The notes under the pieces were generated by a model, which did not search any database, was not told the DNA's origin, and saw nothing but the letters and a program-made list of their open reading frames with translations. Source: a virus (taxonomy: Duplodnaviria > Caudoviricetes). From it: 54,667 nt of DNA. The translations under genes and the position numbers were made by a program. The stretch spans positions 1-54,667 of IMG/VR virus record IMGVR_UViG_3300008113_008855; one strand, 5' to 3'. Below, one piece after another: positions 44,211-54,667 of this stretch (its first letter is position 1; each line of letters starts with the position of its first letter).

Positions 44211-47200
44211 TTAGATGCTTTCGTTTAGTAGTTTCACCGTGGGGTCAAAAGAGAAATCTTCTACAGATATTTCTGGCTTAGTCTTAAGTTTTTCTACAGT
44301 AATAGTTACTTCAAAACTAGAATTTCTAACTTGGCTTGGAGATTTTGTAGAAGTTTGCAACAAAGCCTCTCTATTAATAGCGTTCAACTGGAATGGGCCA
44401 TCTGAATAAATGAAATCTTCCTTTCCGTATTCGGCTATAATATTTCTTCTTAACTTGCCTCTTTGAGCTGGAGTTAAATTGTAATCAAAACCCATAGACA
44501 CTTCGCCAGTGTCACTCATTTGTGTTTTCGGTTGTAAGGCGGAATAAAAATCATAATGATAGTTAGAAACTGGAGACCTTAAGCTGTTCTTTTTCATTGT
44601 GCATTTTACAAATGACAGCTCTTTGGTTTGAGAGTCCTCTGTTTGAGTTATCTTGACTTCAGAGTTCGCGCTTACAGATGTAACTTGCCAAATATCCTTA
44701 TTGAAATTAGGCTCCAACCAAAATGCATTTTGATTTTCAGGGATCCAACACAGTGCGGCTGGAACTCCAAATTTAGTAGATAAAGAATCGCTAATCTTAG
44801 AGAAAATTAATTCCTTGAACTTGCCTAAAGGATCTAAATTTTCGCCTTCTATAACCTCAGAGCTATCTACGTCTGTTTCATTGATTGGCTCATAAGAAAC
44901 ATCAAAACCATTGGGAATTTCTCTTACAACCTTATAAACTCTAACATAATTTGGGAAGTCCACCTCATACCAAGAAGATTTTCCTCCAATGAATGTTTGT
45001 CCATTATAGTATTTTTTATTCATATACCTAACAGATCCAAAGTTTGCTGTATTAATATCTTCTCCTAAGCTTAAGTTGTAAAACAATCCTTCATTTATAT
45101 CAACCACATATTCTACGCCCTCTGTTATTCCCGGTAGCGTATAATAGTTGTCTACTGGATCAAAGAACAAAAACTTATAGATAGTTTCATGACCAGTTCC
45201 AACCTCATAAGCTACCATGTTAGTTGGGCAATCGGAAGGGATATCTTGACCATAATAATAGTCTTGCAAATTTAAATAAACAGACTCCTCTTGCCCAGTC
45301 TTAGAGAATAAAGTCAAATAAGAAATCTGCTCAATAAAATCTAAATTGTTTATTGGCAAAATCTTTTGTTGTTGTTTGATATTTAAGACTAGACTTACTT
45401 CTCTTTGAGTGGATACGATTGTCTTAGGATTGAATACAGAGTAAAACTCATCTCTGCTCTTTGCTTTCTTTAGATATTTATATCCGCTCGAATTTACAAC
45501 AAGAACTGTATTGCGATATAGTATTAGATTTCCAGCGGATCTCTTTACGAAAATATTTTCGCTTGTATTGTTTACTAGGAAAGAATTTCCTGCCGCTGGA
45601 GTTAAATCTATAAAATTATTATTATTTGAAAAAATGAAATGCCCAGCTGTTGTTATATTATAGAATGGTTTTAGTAATAATATTTGTTGTCTATTGTCTA
45701 GAGAAGAGAAGTTTCCTATAGTGGATAAATCATAAATTCGCCCAGTATTTAAGTAATCAGATGATAAAGAATATGCGCTTGTTAAAGTTTCTCCCTGATT
45801 AGTTTGCAAAAAGTAATTTTTATCAAAATAACAAACTTCAGCATTTGTAGCTGTTAGTGTTAGCAAGCAATTCTTAACCTGAGAGACTTGCTGGTCGTTA
45901 TCTAAAAAGGCCGTTGAGCTTATAGTGACATCTCTTACTACATCAATAAATAGTTTTGTGTTGTTTTTTTGGATATAGTTTTTATTAGAATCTCTGTAAG
46001 ATATATAAAATTTGCCTCTTTGATGAGTCTCGCAGTATTTGAATACAATAACAGAAGTGTTTTTTATTTCCACCATTCTAGTTGGCAATAAACTTAATTG
46101 AATATCGCCTATAACTAAAAACATATCTCTAATTGTATTATTAAAGATGAAAAATGAAGAACTCCTTTGCTCCGCATTTTTTATGTTTAAAGTATAGTTA
46201 TCAAAAACATAATCGCTTTCATTTCTTACTGAAGAACCGTAAATAAACAATCTAGAATCAGGATCATAATCTTCCAAATCTTTTATATCTAGTATAGCAT
46301 TATTAGGAAAGGCTACCTCTACCCAAGCGTAAGAATTATTTACTAACTGAGATTTTAATAAAGCAAAATATAAAGTTGATTGAGCTGAAGTACGATAGTT
46401 TAGCTTTAGATATGCGTCTTTAGATGGGCTTGGGAACTTAAGTGTCGCTCTCTGCTGAATTTTATCCTGATCTGCATCTTTAATCTCTAAAAGCTCTGTC
46501 TCAATAAAGTCTGTGCTTCCATTATACTGCAAACTAGTAATATTGAAAAGCGCGCCATCAAAAGACACTTTATTTAAATATCCTAGCGAAGAAGATAAGC
46601 TTGCTTGAATAGATCCATCTTTAATTAACTTGATTGGATAACTGCAAGAATTGTAAAGATAGAAATTTTGGAACTGTTTATTCTTGAAACTGTTTAAGTT
46701 AATTTCAAAAGTATCAATATTCGGCAAATATATGAACTCATTTCCATCTGTGACGTTAGCGCAGCTTTGATCTGTAACGCCAGTTATATTATTTAAAACT
46801 GGATAACAATTTTGCACTACTGGGACATTAGATGTCTGCTTTTGCCATTCGTAAACGCTGCCATTCAAAACTACAGAAAATACAGCAACAGCATTTAAAG
46901 ATGTTAAATCAGTATTACTGCCTGTATTTGAATAGTTGTAAATTTGATTTGCTGCTGAGGCATTGTTAGTTACGAGATTTATAAATACAAATTTTTTACC
47001 TAATAATAATTGCCCAAGAGAACTTTGCTGTTCATTATTAGTTATAGTAACAGATAGATTAGGCAAATAGAAAGACGATGTTTCTCTATAGAACGGAATC
47101 ATTGTTACATCTTCTAAATCTGATATATTTATAGCCCCAGATCTTCCTTCAAATAATAAACCAAGATCTAGCTTAGATCTTTCTATATAAACTGCTTTAC

Positions 47201-50200
47201 TTGGCGGTTTTTGGAAAGAAATAAATTTATTACCCCAAACTTGACCTAAAGTTAAAACTGTAGAATTGCATAGCGTATACAGATAAAAATCATTCAAAAC
47301 ATAAAGATTTGCATCTTCTAATGTTATGCCTGGACCTTTTCTCCCAAAGCAGAAAATAGTAGCTTCTCCTGCTATTGCATTATTTGTATTTGCATCAACA
47401 GTTAAATCGGTAGAAGAGTCTACTATAGCATAAGATATAGAGTTATTTAATATAGCAGCAGTTTTTTCTTCACCATTTGCGTCTGGCAAAAATGCACTTA
47501 AAATTGAAGAAGCTATTGTCGTTGACCCAGATCCATCCCACAAATCTTTGAATGGATGATTAGCGTCTGTTTCTAAGTATTGATTTTGGAAAAGAATTTG
47601 CAGCGGTTTATTTTGCAATGAACCATCCGTTGAAATGTTATAAGCTGCGACAGACCAAACTCCTGCTATGAACGAAATCGTAATTTTAGAATTTGGATTT
47701 AAAGTAGTGATTGTTGAGTTGGTGGATATTAATTTAATATCTATTGGCTTAGAGCTTAAATTATTAAATATATATTTATTACTGGTATCAAATGGCTTTG
47801 GAAAAATTATTTGGCTAACATCAGTAGCAAAAACCACATCGTAAAAATACGAAGATCCACTTTGATAATCAACTTCTACTTGCTGCTGAGATTGACTTAT
47901 GAAAAACTCAGAAGAATTGTATACTGGAAAAACATTTAAATCGTCATCTAAAATTCTATTCTTATACAAATTTACAGTTCCAGTTTGCACTAATATTGAA
48001 TCATAAGCGAAATTAACGCATAAATGAGAGTCCTTAAGTTCAGATAATTTTTTTAAACCGTTATCTTCCAAATCAGAATTCAAAATTATGGAATCTCCTT
48101 GAGAAGCATTTATAGATAACAATCCATCTGGAGTGTCTCCAGCGTCAAAATCGAAATCAAAACTTCTTCCAGATAATGTTCTATTTGGGTATATCTCATC
48201 AAAAGAAAAGAGTTTCAATTGTCTATCTGTGGCTGTTAATATCTTTCCACTATATCTACCTTTTCTTGCGTACAAATCTGAAATTGTAAAATTAGCAAGA
48301 TCTTGATCTTTAATATAAAAGACATTAAATTCATGATTTACTAAATCATTATCAGTATAACCATTAGAAGAAGATATTGGTTCTCTAAAGAAAGATGTTA
48401 AATTTGTTTTATCTGCCTCGACGATATCAACTGTTGGAACCTTATCAGATGCTTCTTTCTTGAATAATCTAAGCACTCTAGAGTTGGCTCCGACTAAATC
48501 ATTTTCAATTAAATTAGATCCTGCGACTGTTACTTGATCTATTTGGTTTTGCAAAAATCTATTCTTACAAAGCAAGAAAGTATTCTTCCCAGCAAAAGAA
48601 CTTACAGAAGGAACAGCAATCTTCGTTCCGCAAAACTTTAGATTCAATATATTTATGTCTGATGGATCAACTAAATGCGTAGCGGGAGTTATAGAGAAAC
48701 CTAAATGACTCAAAGGATTTGCTACTTTTGAAATCAAAGCTCTACCGCTTCCTTTCTGCAATACAGCCTTTGCGACCTCTCCTGTCCCCAAAGAGAATAC
48801 GTTTTGTGTTAGATTTTTCTTGAATATAACGTCCGAATTAGATTTATTTACAAAATAAACAAAAGCGTTAGACTTCAATGCCGATTCAATATAACCAATG
48901 TCTATTTCTACCCCATTAGTTTTTATTACGATCATCTGCTCTCTTGTGTCAGTGATCACTGTAGAGAAATCGTTAGAAGGATAAAGAATTGAATAAGTGA
49001 TGCCGTCTGTTGTTTTCTTTACTGTTAACTTAAAATCTTGAGATCCCCTTGGTAATACTGTTTGCTCAGATCCATTAACTATCTTGAGATTTAAAGCTCT
49101 AGAAACAGAATCGTCTTTTATAAAAAAGTAAACCTTGTCTTGACCGACTGCAGACGTAGGTCTAAAGTTAGAAATATTAATATCAGTATCATCTTTTAAT
49201 ACAAAGATGCTTTCTGATTCGGCTTCAGCTCCTTTAATAAATATTTTTATTGAATCAAAGTATTTTTTCTTAGTCGCTGTTGGAGGAGTGAGGGGAGATG
49301 TTTGGCCGTTCCAATTTACAAAATAGAAAGAGTCTCCGTCCAAATCAATATCTCCATTTACAGACAACTTGTCGTTAGAAAAATTATAAACTGGAAGATT
49401 CGTGTAGTCTTTGGTTTGCAATTCTAGAAGCTCGTAGTTTAAATTAACAAGACTATCTTTGCTTGATATGAAAGATGTTTGAACCTGAACATTAGAGTAA
49501 GAAATAGAAGCTGATATCGTTGGGGAATATGTAGATCCATTCCAGCCATTATTGAAATTTAATTTTCTTGTTTCATTTGCTGGGATGCTTATGTTGGTTG
49601 TTCCATAGTCTATTTGTATGGAAGAGCTTGAGTCATTAACTATAGTAGCGCTAAAAGAAATAAGAGTAGAGCTTGAGAAGTCGGCAGTATTTATATTTGC
49701 CCCAGCAGTTAAATATAAAATTTCTCCTGACAGTAAGTTAGCTTGGCTAGTTGGCAAGCTAGATAAAGCAGAGACTGATTTAGTTGGATAATTTGCTACG
49801 ATAGCTACGTTATTAGCTGGTATATTTGTTGTGCTAGAATCTGTATCAGTTAAAACGCATTGAACAGCCCCAGTGTTTGCTACATAAAATTCCAAATCAT
49901 TAAAAGCATTAGTTATTGTAGCATTCTTACCATCTGATATAAAATAGTATCCATTATAATTTGAATTGATATTGAAATCTGCAATCTTAGCCTCTGGATT
50001 ATTGAAATTTATTAAAGGAGAATATGTTACATTGGATACTGTATTGAATCCTTGCGTTGAGTTTACATTTTCAATAACATTCACTTGAAGCTGCCCGCCG
50101 TCTTCGTTTCCAATCTTTGCTCCATTAAAAACATCCGAAACATTAACAGACGCTTCGTTCGTGCGCGGGAGCGCGCCAGAGGCGACAATGTTATAATATC

Positions 50201-50684
50201 CCGTACCATTAATTGGGTAAGTTTTTAATCCTTTATTAAAGGACTGCTGCTTAACGCTAGGAATAACGTAACTTACAGTCTTGCTCTGAGTTTCTGTTCC
50301 TATCAATTTGTAATTATTATCGTAATCTACCTGATATATATTATAATATTGAGATTGATTATCCCATGTCAAATTAACCTGAACTGGCAAAAAGTTTGTC
50401 TTGCGATAGATGTCTACCGATTCAGACGGAGATATTAGTTTTTGATATTTAAATATTCTAAACTCATAATCGTTATCATCTAGGAATCTGCTAATATTAG
50501 AAACAAACCCAACCATAGACAAATAATTTGGATTAAATAAGTCCTCTAGCTTGTAAAAATATGGACTCAAAAACGAAGAAATAGCCTGAATCTTTTTGTT
50601 TCCTAATTCAGAAACAGTTTCCATTTCTTTCCACTCGCCATTTTTTAATCTATATTGCAGTTTATATTCCCATCCTGTATTCAA
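44211..50684 (-). CDS. Very large putative virion structural protein
   Basis: 2157-aa N/S/T-rich ORF with recurring F..N.S...I.I short beta units; start uncertain (TTG). Confidence 0.6.
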   Translation of the reverse strand: MNTGWEYKLQYRLKNGEWKEMETVSELGNKKIQAISSFLSPYFYKLEDLFNPNYLSMVGFVSNISRFLDDNDYEFRIFKYQKLISPSESVDIYRKTNFLPVQVNLTWDNQSQYYNIYQVDYDNNYKLIGTETQSKTVSYVIPSVKQQSFNKGLKTYPINGTGYYNIVASGALPRTNEASVNVSDVFNGAKIGNEDGGQLQVNVIENVNSTQGFNTVSNVTYSPLINFNNPEAKIADFNINSNYNGYYFISDGKNATITNAFNDLEFYVANTGAVQCVLTDTDSSTTNIPANNVAIVANYPTKSVSALSSLPTSQANLLSGEILYLTAGANINTADFSSSTLISFSATIVNDSSSSIQIDYGTTNISIPANETRKLNFNNGWNGSTYSPTISASISYSNVQVQTSFISSKDSLVNLNYELLELQTKDYTNLPVYNFSNDKLSVNGDIDLDGDSFYFVNWNGQTSPLTPPTATKKKYFDSIKIFIKGAEAESESIFVLKDDTDINISNFRPTSAVGQDKVYFFIKDDSVSRALNLKIVNGSEQTVLPRGSQDFKLTVKKTTDGITYSILYPSNDFSTVITDTREQMIVIKTNGVEIDIGYIESALKSNAFVYFVNKSNSDVIFKKNLTQNVFSLGTGEVAKAVLQKGSGRALISKVANPLSHLGFSITPATHLVDPSDINILNLKFCGTKIAVPSVSSFAGKNTFLLCKNRFLQNQIDQVTVAGSNLIENDLVGANSRVLRLFKKEASDKVPTVDIVEADKTNLTSFFREPISSSNGYTDNDLVNHEFNVFYIKDQDLANFTISDLYARKGRYSGKILTATDRQLKLFSFDEIYPNRTLSGRSFDFDFDAGDTPDGLLSINASQGDSIILNSDLEDNGLKKLSELKDSHLCVNFAYDSILVQTGTVNLYKNRILDDDLNVFPVYNSSEFFISQSQQQVEVDYQSGSSYFYDVVFATDVSQIIFPKPFDTSNKYIFNNLSSKPIDIKLISTNSTITTLNPNSKITISFIAGVWSVAAYNISTDGSLQNKPLQILFQNQYLETDANHPFKDLWDGSGSTTIASSILSAFLPDANGEEKTAAILNNSISYAIVDSSTDLTVDANTNNAIAGEATIFCFGRKGPGITLEDANLYVLNDFYLYTLCNSTVLTLGQVWGNKFISFQKPPSKAVYIERSKLDLGLLFEGRSGAINISDLEDVTMIPFYRETSSFYLPNLSVTITNNEQQSSLGQLLLGKKFVFINLVTNNASAANQIYNYSNTGSNTDLTSLNAVAVFSVVLNGSVYEWQKQTSNVPVVQNCYPVLNNITGVTDQSCANVTDGNEFIYLPNIDTFEINLNSFKNKQFQNFYLYNSCSYPIKLIKDGSIQASLSSSLGYLNKVSFDGALFNITSLQYNGSTDFIETELLEIKDADQDKIQQRATLKFPSPSKDAYLKLNYRTSAQSTLYFALLKSQLVNNSYAWVEVAFPNNAILDIKDLEDYDPDSRLFIYGSSVRNESDYVFDNYTLNIKNAEQRSSSFFIFNNTIRDMFLVIGDIQLSLLPTRMVEIKNTSVIVFKYCETHQRGKFYISYRDSNKNYIQKNNTKLFIDVVRDVTISSTAFLDNDQQVSQVKNCLLTLTATNAEVCYFDKNYFLQTNQGETLTSAYSLSSDYLNTGRIYDLSTIGNFSSLDNRQQILLLKPFYNITTAGHFIFSNNNNFIDLTPAAGNSFLVNNTSENIFVKRSAGNLILYRNTVLVVNSSGYKYLKKAKSRDEFYSVFNPKTIVSTQREVSLVLNIKQQQKILPINNLDFIEQISYLTLFSKTGQEESVYLNLQDYYYGQDIPSDCPTNMVAYEVGTGHETIYKFLFFDPVDNYYTLPGITEGVEYVVDINEGLFYNLSLGEDINTANFGSVRYMNKKYYNGQTFIGGKSSWYEVDFPNYVRVYKVVREIPNGFDVSYEPINETDVDSSEVIEGENLDPLGKFKELIFSKISDSLSTKFGVPAALCWIPENQNAFWLEPNFNKDIWQVTSVSANSEVKITQTEDSQTKELSFVKCTMKKNSLRSPVSNYHYDFYSALQPKTQMSDTGEVSMGFDYNLTPAQRGKLRRNIIAEYGKEDFIYSDGPFQLNAINREALLQTSTKSPSQVRNSSFEVTITVEKLKTKPEISVEDFSFDPTVKLLNESI

Positions 50685-53673
50685 CTCGATAGAGTAAGGA
50701 AATCTTTAAAGTATTATTTAATGCGCCATCAGCAAAAGCATTAATATTACTAGAATCAACAGGAACACCTTCGTAATTTTTAGAAGTAGAAGGGCCATTA
50801 GGAAATGTAATTAAGTTTTCTGCAACTGCCTTGGCCTCTTCTGGAGAGTCTTGAAAAAATCTAGGAATAACCAATCCGAAAACATTATCCGCTCCATAGT
50901 TGTCGTCGTTTATTGGGTTTTGCTTATTAGTATACCAAGGTATAGACTTGTTATCATCGCTTGTGAGGATCTTTGCCTCGTAATTATATTTTTGTAAATT
51001 GAAAAATACTTTAGCTTGGTTCACCATTTGACCGTTAGAGTCAACTATGGTAGTATCTATTGCTCTATAAGAATTGACATCGTCTTGTTTAACGTAAGTC
51101 TTTTGGCCAAATGCTTTTTTATTAAACTTTAAAACTACAGCGTTTGTTTTGTTTACAGCCGCTACATCATTAGCTTTAACATTTCCTTTTACAAAAGTAA
51201 GCTCATCAGTTGTAGAATCATAACCATACAAATGATATCCATAGTTTTGCTCATCTTGATTGGCTATAGAAATAGTTGCATTGTTTAGACCATTCCAAGC
51301 CGAGTAAGAGGAAAGCTTTTGGTAAGTGAAAGCGTCTCCAGTTACATATTCTAGTCTATAAAGTTGAGACTGATCTAAAGTAATGTCTCTAGAATAGACA
51401 GTCCCGTAATTTTCTCCTGTAGCATAGCTTAGTATTTGATTTGCCGCAGCATCTTTGTATGGCGAGAAAGAAGCGAATGTTACGCTCTCTTGATAATCTT
51501 TTGCGTTAAAGAAAAATCTAGACATCTGATTACTTGCAGCAAAATCAGTATCAAAAGTTTGAACAGCGTAAAGCTTATCTTTATTTTCGGACTGTAACTC
51601 AAAATCGCCAGTTACTCCAGTTATTGGATTTATAACATTATTGAATAAACCAATTTGATCAGTATCAAAATCTTCAACATATATTTCTCTCTCTACATAA
51701 ATTAATGCGCCCTTATCTTTCCCAGCAGAAGCAAACTCTCCCATGCCTACTCCAACCCTGCCTAGGGCCGTGCTTAAAGCGTTTTTCAATGCGATCTGCC
51801 TTGCCTCTACGGAGTCAGTTGGGAAGATGTCACATGAGAATAAATAGTTTTTGTTATAATAATAATTGATTGCTGAAGACCAGATGTCTTTATCTGTGAA
51901 CTTTTCTTTTGATATTACGCCATCGCTAGGAATATTTGTAGCTTGACCATTTAAAAGATAAACATCTTCTACATATGGCATATTAGCAAAAGTGGCAGAA
52001 TCTCCTACGCATAGACCAGTTTCTTTTATGAAGATGCCATTGCAAGTTGAGTTTATAACTGTTCTTGTTGTCTCGTTCGGCCCCTCTTCTATGTAGTATC
52101 CTAATTGCCCATATTGATCGCCATAGAAAAGATAATTAGTATTTAAGTTATAAGATACCAATGGATTCGCCACATACTCTTCTCCAGAATTTATATAGTT
52201 AGAAAAATACTCTTTATCAACAGTCTCCTTTGGCAAAGGTAAAATTGGCAGAATAAATCTTTGCAGTATAGGGTTCTCATTTTGAGAATTTAAATCTCGG
52301 ATCTCTAAATCATCCACTGTTCTTCTTGTGATTGTCTCGTCTGTGCCGTCTTCAGGTCCAGATAGTGGCTCATCTGTAAGCAGATCGTTTATTATTTTTT
52401 GCCTATTTTCTATGTCTTGTCTTAGATTGGTTGCGAATTTATCTTCATCACCATAATCAATATTAGCGGCATTTTCTTGAGCTACTTCTTCGTTGTAAAT
52501 TAACTCATCAGCGTTTGCCAAATTCAATAAATCATTAGAGTTATATTTTGTAGACTGAATAACTCTTGGATAAACTCCTGAGTTTATTGCTATATCAATA
52601 ACTGTTTTAGGTGACCCATCTTCTATTTGAATTCCTGTTAAAACATAGCCTACGACATCTTCTTTTACTATAGAAGAGAATCTATCTAGGTTAAATGATA
52701 CCTTATAAATCTCTGAGTAATTATCTACAGTCAACAACTTAAAGCTAAAACAATCTATGTCATTTTCGTCTGTTATTCGAGATAGCTGAATCCCAGTTAT
52801 AGAGGAGTCGTTTATTGGTCTATTAATAAATTGACCATTTTCTAAATTTTCAAATACTCTTTGTGGGAATATAAATTTAGCTGTCTGCTCGAAGTTGTAA
52901 TTGACTAAAGAATCAGCAAACCCAGAAACCTCATCCTTATAAGCAGAATAGTCTATAATGATTTTGCCATCTGTAGTTGTTGTCGGCGAAAAGTAAGATC
53001 CAAGTGGATCGCTCTTTCTAGAAATTCTGTATCTTATATCCGCTCCGTTTTCGACTTGAGTTGGCAATTCAAAAGCAGAAATATTTTGCTCTACCGAGTT
53101 GTCCTTATTATCGTAAAGGAACTTGTATCTTGTAGTTACTTCATTAGAGTAGCCTGAGTATTGAGAGTCAGAATATCCATATTCTAGATCGGTTCCATTC
53201 GCTTGAACTGATATATTTGTTGCAATCCAATCTTCTCCAGATACGCTTAAAATTTTGCTGTCATTATATAAAGATTTTACTAAGCCAGTCACTTCGTTCT
53301 TCCTGTATACTTTTCCTGCGAAATCCATATCTGGCATTATAACCAACGGCTTGTAGCCAGAAACGAATGTGTCTGTTATATCTGCGATTATTTCAGTAAA
53401 TTCCTCAGATCCTTTTTGCCCAGAAGTAATAAAGAATCTTACATTAGAATATTCCCCATCGTAGTTGAATATAGATAGCTTTTTATTTACTACAGAGTAA
53501 TCTATGGAAGTAAAATCTTGTATTACTGGCTTAGGATATGAATATCCATTTAAGCTATGATTAACATTCTCGAAAACACTAACCCAAAGCCCGAAAACAT
53601 CCTTATCAAAATCTAAAGTTTTACCAGTCAAAACTCCGCTAAGGAATTGTTTATTTTCGGTTAATGCGCTCAT
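50662..53673 (-). CDS. Large putative virion structural protein
   Basis: 1003-aa acidic ORF; TAA-T-ATG coupling to the upstream gene. Confidence 0.6.
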   Translation of the reverse strand: MSALTENKQFLSGVLTGKTLDFDKDVFGLWVSVFENVNHSLNGYSYPKPVIQDFTSIDYSVVNKKLSIFNYDGEYSNVRFFITSGQKGSEEFTEIIADITDTFVSGYKPLVIMPDMDFAGKVYRKNEVTGLVKSLYNDSKILSVSGEDWIATNISVQANGTDLEYGYSDSQYSGYSNEVTTRYKFLYDNKDNSVEQNISAFELPTQVENGADIRYRISRKSDPLGSYFSPTTTTDGKIIIDYSAYKDEVSGFADSLVNYNFEQTAKFIFPQRVFENLENGQFINRPINDSSITGIQLSRITDENDIDCFSFKLLTVDNYSEIYKVSFNLDRFSSIVKEDVVGYVLTGIQIEDGSPKTVIDIAINSGVYPRVIQSTKYNSNDLLNLANADELIYNEEVAQENAANIDYGDEDKFATNLRQDIENRQKIINDLLTDEPLSGPEDGTDETITRRTVDDLEIRDLNSQNENPILQRFILPILPLPKETVDKEYFSNYINSGEEYVANPLVSYNLNTNYLFYGDQYGQLGYYIEEGPNETTRTVINSTCNGIFIKETGLCVGDSATFANMPYVEDVYLLNGQATNIPSDGVISKEKFTDKDIWSSAINYYYNKNYLFSCDIFPTDSVEARQIALKNALSTALGRVGVGMGEFASAGKDKGALIYVEREIYVEDFDTDQIGLFNNVINPITGVTGDFELQSENKDKLYAVQTFDTDFAASNQMSRFFFNAKDYQESVTFASFSPYKDAAANQILSYATGENYGTVYSRDITLDQSQLYRLEYVTGDAFTYQKLSSYSAWNGLNNATISIANQDEQNYGYHLYGYDSTTDELTFVKGNVKANDVAAVNKTNAVVLKFNKKAFGQKTYVKQDDVNSYRAIDTTIVDSNGQMVNQAKVFFNLQKYNYEAKILTSDDNKSIPWYTNKQNPINDDNYGADNVFGLVIPRFFQDSPEEAKAVAENLITFPNGPSTSKNYEGVPVDSSNINAFADGALNNTLKISLLYRVEYRMGI

Positions 53674-53674
53674 A

Positions 53675-54667
53675 TTATTGTTTTATACTAGCACTTGGTG
53701 GGATTGGTATATAATTACTAGTTGAAATATCATAAGATTTTCTCATGAGGTCTTCAAATAAATAATCCCCAACCGCAGAGTCGTAGCCCCCAACGTAATC
53801 AATTCCAGTTTCATTCTCTGAAACTATCCTCTGCACATCTTCAGGAGACAACTCAGTGCTATTGTTCACAAATCCATTACACATTGCTCTAAGATAATAC
53901 TCCATTTGGGTATAGTGATCTGAATACATTACTGTATCAGCAGATACTTTAGGTATCAATTTAACGAAATAGAATCTTGGATAACAGCATCCAAATGGTC
54001 TTTGTTTGGTCCAAAATTGCCTATTATCTAAAGAAACGTCTCCAACTATGTTTCTTGGGCATGATCTATTAGCTATTGTATGTAAAACATAATCAATAAC
54101 AGCAGACTCATCTGTTCTGAATTGAAAAGCATTCGCCTTATTAATAAAATCCGCTAAATTTTCACTTACTTTTCCCTTGAATGACGGCACTGCTCCGTTA
54201 ACTTTAGATGCAGTAAGGCGAGTATTTAATGTAACTTTTATAACCTCACAATTAGGATCAAATGGATTAACTCTAACTGCTGATTCTATAGAATATGGAG
54301 ACTTGTAAATTGGACAGCTAGAAGCAAAATTTAAAGCGTAATTTGGATCAGCGGATCCAGACTTTGATAGGTCTGTGTTCGCCCCTTCTATGTATGTATA
54401 TCCTGGAGGAGCTTCAACTACTAATGGAATATCATTAGGCTTCCAAGTAACATTAGCTAAATGCTTCTTTACATTTTTAGATGTGCCTCTGTTATACTCT
54501 AGAGAATCGCTTGCTGTTAAACATCTTCCATTTAGCGCCCCCATAATGTCGCCATACATTGCTGGCTTCCAAGCTGAGCTGTTAGACCAGTGATAAAGAT
54601 TATAAGACATGAACATAGTCCATTCATTGCTTACATTACCATTAGAGTATTGAAGATTTTTATTATC
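53675..54667 (-). CDS. Putative virion structural protein, C-terminal part (truncated by window)
   Basis: Frame stays open beyond ATG 54616 to the window edge (DNKNLQYSNGNVSNEWT MFM...). Confidence 0.6.
   Translation of the reverse strand, partial: DNKNLQYSNGNVSNEWTMFMSYNLYHWSNSSAWKPAMYGDIMGALNGRCLTASDSLEYNRGTSKNVKKHLANVTWKPNDIPLVVEAPPGYTYIEGANTDLSKSGSADPNYALNFASSCPIYKSPYSIESAVRVNPFDPNCEVIKVTLNTRLTASKVNGAVPSFKGKVSENLADFINKANAFQFRTDESAVIDYVLHTIANRSCPRNIVGDVSLDNRQFWTKQRPFGCCYPRFYFVKLIPKVSADTVMYSDHYTQMEYYLRAMCNGFVNNSTELSPEDVQRIVSENETGIDYVGGYDSAVGDYLFEDLMRKSYDISTSNYIPIPPSASIKQ

Noticed and set aside
50704-50710. T-TTA-AAG -1 slippery heptamer near the end of the 1003-aa ORF
   Set aside because: The -1 frame hits TGA within about ten codons; the long downstream ORF is in the +1 frame.
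1028-54593. Many short ORFs in the track antisense to or overlapping real genes (e.g. 3073-3381, 9416-9751, 10543-10932, 15122-15544, 24351-24917, 35545-35874)
   Set aside because: Shadow frames of well-supported genes with no motifs or expression signals.
1-54667. Stop-codon reassignment as the cause of split genes
   Set aside because: The breaks are frame changes with missing sequence, not in-frame stops; TAA, TAG and TGA all terminate intact genes and coding density is high in code 11.

Overview
A 54.7-kb piece of a large, AT-rich, uncultured-type tailed dsDNA phage genome in the standard genetic code. No tRNA, rRNA, CRISPR array, integrase or reverse transcriptase was seen. Layout: (1) end of a repeat-built tail-fibre gene (1-2607); (2) a mostly minus-strand block of small genes (Hsp20, dNMP kinase, HNH, dUTPase; 3.2-7.0 kb); (3) a ~30-kb plus-strand block (7099-37886) that starts with a ~425-nt highly structured non-coding RNA directly upstream of a sigma-70-type factor. 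This block continues with an SSB-like gene, class II RNR (nrdJ), a large nucleotide-sugar/glycosyltransferase island (RfbH, RmlB, ThDP enzyme, aldolase, LdpA-like Fe-S protein, Gmd, about 8 GTs in the block) and a replisome (RecA-like, DnaB, primase, PD-(D/E)XK nuclease, DnaE split into PHP + exonuclease + core); (4) a convergent minus-strand operon of very large virion proteins (37887-end). The best candidates for new biology are the structured RNA with a duplicated motif whose 3' end sequesters the sigma-factor ribosome-binding site, and a layered promoter system: repeated TTG(A/C)NN-N16-(C/T)ANNNT leaderless promoters, a near-consensus sigma-54 promoter on the Hsp20 gene and a GTGTAA motif. 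Also notable is an LdpA/aldolase/ThDP branched-sugar module. Several genes carry clean internal deletion or frameshift scars that may be assembly artefacts. All calls are from motif recognition and manual base-pairing only.
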